A DNA stretch of 64,000 bases from the human T2T-CHM13v2.0 reference genome, Homo sapiens. The stretch lies in assembly GCF_009914755.1 (NCBI RefSeq), contig NC_060931.1; one strand, given 5' to 3'. Position numbers and translations under genes: made by a program. Shown piece after piece: positions 53,281-64,000 of this stretch. The notes below the pieces were generated by a model. That model saw only the letters and a program-made list of their open reading frames with translations, had not been told where the DNA came from and did no database searches. Within the stretch, counting starts at the first letter, position 1. Every line of letters starts with the position of its first letter.

Positions 53281-54631
53281 GAAGACATAAGTGTTGCAAA
53301 GGGTGTGGAGAAAATGAATCCTTGTACACTGTTGGTGGGAATGTACTAGAACAGCTATTACTGAAAACAGTACAGAGGTTCCTTTAAAAATTTAAAACAG
53401 AGCTACCATATGAACCAGCAATCCCACTTTGGGTATATATCTAAAAAATAAAATAAATATTTTGGGGAGATATCTATTCCTCCTTTTCCATTGTAGCATT
53501 ATTTACAATAGGGAAGCTATGAAAACAACCTAAGTGTCCATGGACAGAAGAATAAGTAAAGAAATTGAGGTACATATATACAATGGAATATTATTCAAAC
53601 ATTAAAAAAAGAAAACTCGTCACTTGCAACAACGCGGATGAACTCAGGGGACATAATGCTATGTAAAATAAGTCAGGCACAGAAAGACAAATACCATTAT
53701 GTTCTCACTTACACAGGCATACCTTGTAAACATTGCAGGTCCAGTTCCAAATCACCACAATACACTGAATATCACAATACAGTGAGTCACACAAATATTC
53801 TGGTTTCCCACATAAAAGTTAGTTTTATACTCTATAATAGTCTACTAAGTGTATAGCAGCATTATGTCTAAGAAAGTGCATAATTTATTTTAAAAATATT
53901 TTATTGCTTAAAATGCTAATTATCATCTGAGGCTTCAGCAAATCATAATCTTTTGGCTAGTGGAGGGTCTTGCCTCAATGTTGATGGCTGCTGACTGATC
54001 AGAGTGGCGGTTGCTGAAGGTTGGAATTGTGTGGCAATTTCATAAACGAGACAACAATAAAGTACGGCATTGATTGACATATCCTTTTATGAAAGATTTC
54101 TCTGTAACATGTTATGCTGTTTAATAGCATTTTGCCCAGAATAGAACTTCTTTCAAAATTGGAGTCAATCCTTTCAAGCCCTGCTGCTGCCTTATTAACT
54201 AAGTTTATATAATATTCTAAATCCTTTGTTGTCATTTCAATAATGTTCACAGCACCTTCAACAGAAGTAGATTCTATCTCAAGAAACCACTTTCTTTGAT
54301 CATCCATAAGAAGGTACTCTTCCTCCATTCAAATTTGATTATGGAATTACAGCAATTCAGTCACATCCTCAGGCTCTACTTTCTAATTCTAGATCTCTTG
54401 CTATTTTTACCACATTTACAGTTACTTCCTCCACTGAAGTCTTGAACCCTTTAAATTCATCCATGAGGGTTGGAATCAATTTCTGCCAAACTTCTGTTAA
54501 TGTTTATATTTTGGGCTCCTTCCATTAATCGTGAATGTTCTTAATGGCATCTAGAATGGTGAATTTTTTTCAGAAGGTGTTCAATTTCCTTTGCCTGGAT
54601 CCATAAGAAGAATCACAATCTATGGCAGCTA

Positions 54632-55024
<393 letters not shown>

Positions 55025-56322
55025 TTATGTTAGCAGTCAAGAAAACAACATTAAAGTCCTTGTATATCTTCATCAGATCTTTTGGGTGACCAGGTATATT
55101 TTCAATGAGCATTAATGTTTTGAAAACTATCTTCTTTTCTGAGCAGTAGGTCTCAACACTGGGCTGAAAATATTCAGTAAATCATGCTATAAACAAATAT
55201 GATATCAACTAGGCATTGTTTGCACTGACAGACTAGATTTAGCATAATTCTTAAGAGCCCTAGGGTTTTCAGAATAGTCAATGAGCATTGGCTTCAATTT
55301 AAAGTCACTAGCTGCATTAGCCCCTAACAAGAGAGTCAGACTGTCTTTTGAAGCTTTGAGGCCAGGCATTGACTTCTTTCTGGCTATGAATTTCTAGATG
55401 ACATCCTCTTCCAAGAGAAGGCTGATTGACCTACACTGAAAATCTGTTATTTAGCATGGCCACCTTCATCAATGATCTTAGTTAGATCTTTGGGATAACT
55501 TGCTGAAGCTTCTATATCAGCATTTGCTGCTCACCTTGCACTTTTATGTTATGGAGATGGCCTTTTTTCTTAAACCTCATGAACCAACCTCTGCAGCTTC
55601 CTCTCCACTATCAGCCTTCATAGAATTGAAGAGAGCAGGGCTTTGCTCTGGATTAGGCTTTGGTATAAAGGAATGTTGTGACTGGTTTGATCTTCTATAC
55701 AGATGAATCAAAACTTTATAAGCAATAAGACTGTTTCACTTTCTCATCATTTGTGTGTTCACTGGAGTAGCACTTTTAATTTTCTTTAAGAACTTTTCCT
55801 TTGCTTTCACAAGTTGGCTAGCTGGCACAAGAGGCTTAGCTTTCGCCCTGTCTCAGCTTTCAACATGGCTTCCTTACTAAGCTTTTGACTTAAAGTGATT
55901 CTTCCTTTCAATTGAACACTTAGAAGTCATTGTAGGGTTATTAATTAACCTTATTTCAATATTGTGATGGCTTACAGAATACGGAGGCCCAAAGAGAGAA
56001 AGAGAGATGGGAGAATAGCAGGTTGGTGGAGAAGTCAGAACACACACAAAATTTATTAAGTTTCCCATCTTATATAGATGAGGTTTATAATGCTCCAAAA
56101 CAATTATAATAATAATATCAAAGATCACTGATCACAGGTCACCATAAGAGATGTAATAATAAAAACTTTTGAAATATTGTGAGAATTACCAAAATGTTAA
56201 ACAGAGATACAAAGTAAACACATGATGTTGGAAAAACAGCACCCACCGACTTGAAATAGAGTTCTCACAAAAATGCAATTTGTAAGAAACACAGTACCTG
56301 TGAGGCGCAATAAAACATGGTA

Positions 56323-57382
56323 CACCAAAAGCAACTGCAACAAAAGCCAAAACTGACAAATGGGATCTAATTAAACTAAAGAGCTTCTGCTCAGCAAAGG
56401 AAACTATCATCAGAGTGAACAGGCAACCTACAGAATGGGAGAAAAATTTTGCAATCTATCCATCTGACAAAGGTCTAATATCCAGAATCTACAAGGAATT
56501 TAAACAAATTTACAAGAAAAAAACCCCATCAAAAAGTGGGCAAAGGATATGAATAGACACTTCTCAAAAGAAGACATTTATGCGGCTAAGAAACATGTGG
56601 GAAAAAAAAGCTCATCATCACTTGTTGATAGAGAAATGCAAATCAAAACCACAACGAGACACCATCTCACGCCAGTTAGAATGGTGATCATTAAAAAGTC
56701 AGGAAAACAGACGCTGGTGAGGATGTGGAAAAATAGGAACACTTTTACACTGTTTTGGTGGGAGTGTAAATTAATTCAACTATTGTGGAAGGCAGTGTGG
56801 TGGTTCCTCAAGGATCTAGAACCAGAAATACCATTTGACCCAGTAATCCCATTACTGAGTATATACCCAAAGGATTATAAATCATTCTGCTATAAAGACA
56901 CATGCACGTGAATGTTTATTACAGTACTATTCACAATAACAAAGACTTGGAACCAAATCAAATGCCCATCAATGATAGACTACATAAAGAAAATGTGGCA
57001 CGTACACACCATGGAATACTATGCAGTCATAAAAAAGAATGAGTTCATATCCTCTGCAGGGACAGGGATGAAGCTGGGTACCATCATTCTCAGCAAACTA
57101 ACACAAGAACAGAAAACCAAATACCACATGTTCTCACTCATAAGTGGGAGTTGAGCAGTGAGAACACATGGACACAGGGAGGGGAACATTACACACCAGG
57201 CCTGTTGGCAGGTAGGGAACAAGGGGAGGGAGAGCATTAGGACAAACACCTAATGCATGCAGGGTTTAAAACCTAGCTGATTGGGTTGATGGGTGCAGCA
57301 AACCACCATGGCACATGTATACTTATGTAACAAACATGCACATTCTGCACATGTATCCAAGAACTTAAAGTAAAAAAAAAAA
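56323..57382 (+). mobile_element. L1PA (about PA7-8) 3' ~1 kb inserted in the Tigger1 TIR
   Basis: ORF2 C-terminus, 3'UTR, polyA; TSD aaaacatggta/aaaaaaaggta. Confidence 0.92.
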
Positions 57383-57752
57383 AAAAAAAGGTATGCCTGT
57401 ATGTGAAATCTAAAAATGCTGAGCTCATAGAAGCAGATAATACAGTGGCATTCTTCAAAGGCTAGTGGGTGGGGAAAATGAGTAGGTGTTAGTCAAAGGA
57501 TATAAACTTTCAGTTATAATGAATATGTTTGATGATCTAGGGTACAGCATGGGTGGGGATGGATGTGTTAGTTTAATTGTGGTAACCACTACACACTGTA
57601 TATGTATATCTAATCATCACATTGTACACATTGTACACCTTGAATATATTCAATCTTTCTTAATTAAACATTTTTAAATTAAATAAATAAATGCATAGCC
57701 TCTTTCATGAAGCTCAGAAACAAGCAGAAGGTAATTCAATAATGATAGTATT

Positions 57753-58041
57753 GGCTGGGCACGGTGGCTCACACCTGTAATCCCAGCACTTTGGGAGGTC
57801 GAGGCGGGCGGATCACTTGAGGTAAGGAGTCCAAGTACAGCCTGGCCAACATTGTGAAACCTCATCTTTACTAAAAAAAAAAATACAAAAATTAGCTGGG
57901 TGTGGTGATGTATGCCTGTAGTTCCAGCTACTTGGGAGGCTGAGGCAGGGGGATTGCTTGAAGCCAGGAGGCAGAGGTTGTGGTGAGCCTAGATCGTGCC
58001 ACTCTACTCCCGTCTGGGTGACAGAGCAAGACTCCATCTCA

Positions 58042-58093
<52 letters not shown>
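57753..58093 (+). mobile_element. AluSx with (AAT)n tail
   Basis: Full Alu; tail converted to about 17 AAT units. Confidence 0.95.
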
Positions 58094-58097
<4 letters not shown>

Positions 58098-58099
58098 GT

Positions 58100-58335
58100 A
58101 TCTACCTACAAAGTGCTTACTTTGTGCCAGATGTTGTGCTTGGCACTTTACACATTTAAGTCATTTAATTTCCACAATAGTCCTATCAAGGAGGTTCTCT
58201 TATTATCTCCATTTTACACATGGAAAAAACCTAAGTTACAGAAAAGCTGAATAATTTGCTTAATGTCATTCACTAAGTGGTGTAACCAGAATTTGAACCA
58301 GACAGTCTGGCTTCAAATCCTGTGCTTTTAACCAT
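58100..58335 (-). mobile_element. MIR
   Basis: tattatctccattttacacatgg..agaatttgaaccagacagtctggcttcaaa. Confidence 0.8.
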
Positions 58336-58452
58336 GAGATTCTACTGTAAAATTTATCAAAGAAAGGTTTCCTAGAAGTGTAATGGGAGCCCAGATGAAA
58401 TGCAATATAGGCAGTGGCTTCACGGAAAAGATCATCCCCTTTTTCATATATA

Positions 58453-59484
58453 CAGTTGACACTCAAACAATGCAGAAATCTGCATATAACTTTTGGCTCC
58501 CCAAAAAGTTAACTACTTATAGCCTGCTGTTGACCAGAAGCCTTACTGGTAACATATACAATCGATTAACACATATTTTATATGATATATATGTGTATAT
58601 ATATATATAAACACACTCTATTCTTACAATAAAGTAAGCTAGAGAAAAAATGGTATTAAGAAAATCATAAGGAAGAGAAAATTCATTCATAGAACTGTAT
58701 TGTATTTATCGATATCATAAGTGTATGTCATCTGTTGTCAAGGTGAAACTTCTATCTGAAATGGTAGGCAACCACGGCTGCAGATCTCAATCTATGGTAC
58801 ATATCAAGCAAGCCAACTTTTTCCTGTAATGTCGTGACTTTTCTCTGTTTCTTGGGAGCACTTCAAGCATTACTACTGGCACTTTGTATGGGTCCCATGG
58901 TGCTTTCAAGGTTTACAGTATTGCACTAAATGCAATGAAAAATGCAAGAACGTTGACACATCACTTTTTATTGCTATACACAATTTACTGGAGAGATGAA
59001 ATTGCTCATGTGGAGATGATTAGCATCACAAGGCATTTTAAGCAGATACTCACAACACTTGAGCTCACCACAATAGCAGCAGCAGGTGGTTACAAAATTA
59101 TTACAGTAGTACATATGTATTACTGTTCATTTCATGCAGTTATGATTTAATGCTGCACCCTTAAGTTTGTTTACATTTCTCTCAACTGTAAACGGCACCA
59201 TGTATGGTCTGAAAGTGTGTAAGTTTTGATGAACTTTAACTTTTATAATAGATTCATGTATATTTTATGGCAGTAAATAATAAAATAGGCTAGAATCTAC
59301 ATTTTTTACATTTGTGGTATACCTACCTTTCTGATTTTTTGCTACTTCTAAGCTACATAATTTATCTGTGAATTATCTCAAATTGTCACAAATCTCCAAA
59401 AAAATTTCCAATACATTTATTGAAAAAAATTCGTGGATAAATGGATCCATGCAGCTCAAATCCATGTTGTTTAAGGATCTACTG
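58453..59484 (-). mobile_element. Tigger2 internal-deletion derivative
   Basis: TA-cagttgac...ctactg-TA termini, ~1.03 kb. Confidence 0.85.
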
Positions 59485-60059
59485 TATTTGTTTGCACCCA
59501 TCTCTATCTCTCCAACACCAATATTCAAATATAGCTAGGCCATGTTTCTATAGCTAAAATTTTGCTTTTGTAGGCTGAGGTAACCTTACTCCTATCTTTT
59601 CAAATACCCTTTCTATCACTGCCAATGGCTTTTCTGTCCCATTTCCTTTATGGATAATTCCAACCAAAACTGATTTTATTTTTTCTGACCACCATGATAG
59701 GTTATTAACTGAGCATGTATTTTCACAGTTGCTTATAATTGAACTCTGTTCTCTAATTTTTTTTCACATGCATAAGTCCTTTCACCTAAAATAGATTTTA
59801 TATCACCTAGGCATAAATATATTTGCATCCTCTAGAGCAGACAGACATATAGTAAGTGCTTAATAATACTCAGTTTGACACAATTTAATTGAATTAAGAA
59901 GCATTTAAATTTAGGCAGGAAAACTGAATAAACATTGAATAAACACTTTTTTTTCTCTCTCTAAAATGCTCATCTGGCTTCTTTTTCAAAACAGTTTTTT
60001 TTTTTCCTTACATATAGTCAGGGTCTTAGACTCCTGAATTGTAGTCTAATTGGCCTAAT

Positions 60060-60460
60060 TTGAGACTCATGTTGGCAGCAACAATTTCTGTAACTATCTG
60101 GAGTTGTGAAGCAGTTAGCCAGAGAAGTATATTTGACAGCTAAGTTATTTCTCTACAGAAAAAAAAAAAAGTGTTGAAATTCAGAAAGGGATCAGTTAGG
60201 CTTGTAATAGTTACTGTTTTTCTATAACACCCTTTGCTCCCCGTGGCATCTGCCTATGTCATTCTCCTTGGGTGCTGAGGGTGGGTGCTGCTAGAACGTA
60301 TGACTTCATGATGCATCACTCAGGATTCCTTCCCTAAATTCCCCTATGAAATGTTGGTTTTCACCTCCATCATCCTGATGCATGCTCTCTTTTGTCCAAA
60401 ACTTCTACTCTGTTGTGTATTCTATGTGTGCCTGTGCCCAGAAACTTCAAGAGCCAAGGA
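60060..60460 (-). pseudogene. FN3 remnant
   Basis: PPSAPKE; KTVTITSLTDPFLNF. Confidence 0.45.
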
Positions 60461-61240
60461 CTTTCATTCTCCCTGAGGATGTTTCTAAGGATCTCTCTAC
60501 TCTCATGTATGATTTTTTACAATGTTTGTAGGTAGAAAATAAATTATCGGTGAGGAGAGAGAAAATGAAGAAATGGGAGTGATTGAGAGGAAAGCATGAG
60601 GGAGAAGAGGAAGAATCATGAACATGAGTGGAGGGGTTATTCTCTAAGAGGCCAGCATGCTCTTCTTCCACCAGTAGGGAGGAATAATAAACATGTCAAG
60701 AGGAGCAGAAAAAAGATAAGAGTTCCTTAAAATCTTTTGAGGTGGAGAAAAGGAACTACATGAAAGATGATGGTAAAGAGCCTAAAACTTTTCCCTGAAG
60801 AAATAGGGAGTAAGATCATTTGCCTGAGAGATGCAGCAGATTATGAAAATGACTTGGGACCATCTTTGTGAGATTTGGGCATCTATTAGAGGGTCATGAT
60901 TGTGGTGAGCACCTGAATGAAAGTGGCTGGCACAAATGTATTATGGTATAGTCACTGAAATCTATGGCCCTCAGGCAACTCTGGATAGGGAAGAGAGAGA
61001 AAGTATGGACAATGGAGCTGATCCCTGAGGCAAATAATTCTAGAAGGGTGGAGATGGAAAGCACTGGTGTGACTGACAGGAAGGTCGAGGCTTGTGGGGT
61101 GGAGGGTGAAATAAGAGTTGTGGAGATTTCATGTAGCATGCATGTGAGCCATCCAGGGACACGAGTGCTGGGAGTAAGCGGGCTCACCAGACACAGCCAT
61201 CCTTCACCCTCCTTCACACCAGGAGGGCAGCTCAAACATG

Positions 61241-61284
61241 TTTGGGACATACAACTATGGACTTTGGGACATACAACTATGGAC
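61241..61284. repeat. 22-bp perfect tandem duplication
   Basis: tttgggacatacaactatggac x2. Confidence 0.92.
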
Positions 61285-61719
61285 AAAGCTTCCCCAAAAA
61301 GAGACAATTAGGAAAAGTAATACAGGCCAATAACCATGCTTTCTCTACATACTATTTCAAATAAGTAGACTTTGTAGTGTAACCTGCATTTCTACTTCAA
61401 ATAATTGTGGAATCTAACATTTTAAAATACATTCCCTTTATATTACATATTACCAATTTACATACTTGTAAAAACATAAAAATTTAGGAGGCAATAATTT
61501 ATTTACTCAAAATTATAACAGGACTTAAATTACCAATTATTTTGGTTAATATCGGAATAATTTTATGGACAAAAAATCATTTACTTAGAAACCGTGCTAA
61601 GAACATAAATTTAACATCATCTAAACTCTTTGCTTATTTCTAGGAGTAACTCTTTCATAAGTACATAGTTAGATAGGTTCCTTAGTTTGAATGGTGATGT
61701 CTTTAATAACTTCGGTGTT

Positions 61720-62018
61720 GGCCGGGCGTGGTGGCTCACACCTGTAATCTCAGCACTTTGGGAGGCCAAGGCCGGCGGATCACAAGGTCAGGAGATCGAG
61801 ACCACCCTGGCCAACACGGTGAAACCCCGTCTCTACTAAAAAAAAAATACAAAAAATTAGCAGGGCGTGGTGGCAGGCGCCTGTAGCCCCAGCTACTCGG
61901 GAGGCTGAGGCAGGAGAATGGCGTGAATCCAGGAGTGGGAGCTTGCAGTGAGCCGAGATCACGCCACTGCACTCAGTGTGACAGAGTGAGACTCTGTCTC
62001 AAAAATAATAATAATAAT
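61720..62018 (+). mobile_element. AluY-like
   Basis: gaatggcgtgaa, gagcttgcag diagnostics; TSD aataacttc(g/a)gtgtt. Confidence 0.92.
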
Positions 62019-62099
62019 AATAACTTCAGTGTTTTTTTCTCTATTTACTCAGTTTTCCAGAGGGAAGGCTAAGCTTGTTCCATATTAGGAGGTTAAAAA

Positions 62100-62390
62100 A
62101 ATGCGTACTTCAGTGACCAAGAGTGTTTATACCTGACTATTTTAGGCTCAAGCTCTAGGGTGGGGGTATAGTTGATTCACAGATTTTTTGGATTTTGATT
62201 CTGAAATTTCATATCCTGGGGTGAGTTATTTGCAAGAATTTGTAGTGATGAGCTTTTGTCTCCCTGTGCTAGTGAGTTGTTTTGCTGCTGTGTGGTGGAG
62301 GCCAGGACTTTTCAGGGTGATGCCTCCACTAGCTACTTTGCAGGGCATCATAGCCAACTGAGAGTCAAAGGTAGATGTAACCACATGTGA
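62100..62390 (-). pseudogene. FN3 remnant
   Basis: VTST/TLSW (frameshift) and LTPG/NFRIKI at FN3-like spacing. Confidence 0.6.
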
Positions 62391-62769
62391 ACTTCAGACT
62401 TTCCATTTGACTTGCATCTCCAGCCCTCTAGAATTATTCACTGCAGGGATCAGCTCCATTGTTCATGCTTTCTATCTCTTCCATGTCCAGAACGGCCTGA
62501 GTGCCACGAGGTTCCAGTTACTGCACTATTATATGTTCGTGTCAGCCACTTTCACTTGGGCTCTCACCATGATTATGAACTCCTTAGAGATACTCAAATA
62601 CATTTCTCATGAGGGTAGCTCCAAATCATTTTCATAATCTGCCATACTTTCCAGCTAAATAACCTTACTATCTACTTCTTTAAGGAAAAATATTAGGGTC
62701 TGTACCATTATCTTTCATATAGTTACTTTTATATACTTTGGAAATAATTTAATGTAAAATCAATACTGC

Positions 62770-63050
62770 ATATTGTGGGACAATGGAATTACCTGGGTTT
62801 TGGAGTCAAACACATGTGAGTTCAATTCTTAGATTAGCTACTGAAAAGGTGGGAGGGTTTAGAAAAATTATTAAAGCTCTGTGAACTCCAGATCTTTTTT
62901 TACCTAAGTGTGTATTATAATAATAGACACTTTGCAAAGTTATCATAAAATATAAATTAATAAATGAGATAATATTGATGGGATAAAAGTATTTTGCATA
63001 ATTTTTGGCACACAATAAATTATCACAGTATGCATTAATCGTTTTAACTT
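62770..63050 (+). mobile_element. MIR
   Basis: tttggagtcaaacac..gagttcaattctt..; 3' tttggcacacaataaa. Confidence 0.6.
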
Positions 63051-63229
63051 ACTGAGTGATATAAAAGGATATTTTGAAAGTAGTTGTTATTAACACAAAC
63101 ATAGATTTCACTTTCTAAACTACATTAAGTGGTCAAAATAAAATGTTTACTCAATAAAGTATTCATCAGCATGTTTTTAAACCTATAGGAATTCTGCTGC
63201 AATCATATTCCAGTAACTGGGTAGGTCTG

Positions 63230-63520
63230 GTTCAGGTATTGTACTAAAAGGAGTCATGAACTAGGTTGTAAATGATTTTGTCAAGGTGTCAGTCATGTCA
63301 TACATGAAAGTATGCTGTTGTAAGTCTGTGAGAGTCAACATGTGTGAAAAATAACAATGAAGGGCCAAGGAACCACCACGACACCTTACAGAGGTGTATT
63401 ATTGGACAGCCCTGTGATAGCTGTGATAGCTGAAGTTTGCCCAGGCTGTGATCCACTAGTTTTTAGCAGGGTAATCTTTCTGTGCAAAAATGCCACACAA
63501 TTCACCAGGCCTCCAGGGAG
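63230..63520 (-). pseudogene. FN3 remnant directly after a candidate splice acceptor
   Basis: ctatttgtgatttcccAG|, then (A)PWRPGEL..W/SQPGQTSAIT..LTLTDLQQHTFMYDMT (63291-63338). Confidence 0.6.
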
Positions 63521-63919
63521 CTGGGAAATCACAAATAGACAGAGACTTGAAGAGTGGGTGGATTTTTTTTTTTTTCTTTAAAGCAGCAGCTGTTAGTTTA
63601 AAAGATAGTCTTTAGTCTTGAAAAAAAAAAAAAAGAAATACAAGGTATTTACTGATTTCTATAGCAAGTTCTATATTTTTTCTTTTCCCTTACTTCTTCT
63701 AATTCCAATGTTATGTTTTTTAAAGTAATAGTGATAATTTTATCAGTGTCTCTAATTTATAATGTCTCTAGTAAGAGTAGCTGTTATATCAATATACTAT
63801 AAACATACCCTTTCTTACTTGTCACTCCCTCCTCTCCTTCTGCTTCTTACCTTCCTTTCTTGTCTCTCTCTTCCTGTTCTTCCTTTATTATGTATATTTA
63901 ACTCATGTTATTCTCACAA

Positions 63920-64000
63920 TTTTTTTTTTTTTTTTGAGATGGGATCTGGCTCTGTCACCCAGACCGGAGTACAGTGGCATAATCATTGCAGCCTCAACTT
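63920..64000 (-). mobile_element. Alu 3' end (runs off the window)
   Basis: polyT then gagatgggatctggctctgtcacccag. Confidence 0.85.

Larger units (their letters stand above)
60748..62731. repeat. Inverted pair of ~330-bp L2-like segments (60748-61075 / 62405-62731)
   Basis: Shared gcagattatgaaaatga, gaaagtggctg, acaatggagctgatccctg, aataattctaga in opposite orientation. Confidence 0.8.

Noticed and set aside
53042-53349. Poly-K/R/E and poly-S ORFs
   Set aside because: Translation of the FLAM purine-repeat tail.
53999-54328. TIGD1-like gene
   Set aside because: Fragment of a dead Tigger1 transposase interrupted by an Alu and stops.

Overview
Primate (human-like) genomic DNA, not microbial; no intact protein-coding gene, RNA gene or CRISPR array is visible. 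Much of the window is transposable elements: Alu/FLAM, L1PA/PB/M, L2, MIR, CR1/L3, a complete two-LTR MER61 element, solo LTRs (LTR22, two MER52, MER11, MLT2, LTR33-like), Tigger1/Tigger2, MER58 and MADE1. The main finding is in the non-repeat DNA. Translated by hand on the minus strand, most unique blocks between ~22.0 and ~63.5 kb give stop- and frameshift-riddled but recognisable fibronectin type III (FN3) motifs (e.g. PSNLQVVE, FILSWEP, TLRVLWD, TKHTLQGLLKSTE, ISRLLSGQ-YLVYV). They lie in tandem and all in one orientation. I interpret this as the fossil of a very large multi-FN3 gene, possibly with one or a few giant exons, that was lost long ago and then broken up by TEs. I cannot name the gene, and TE subfamily calls come from recalled consensus features, not from a database search.
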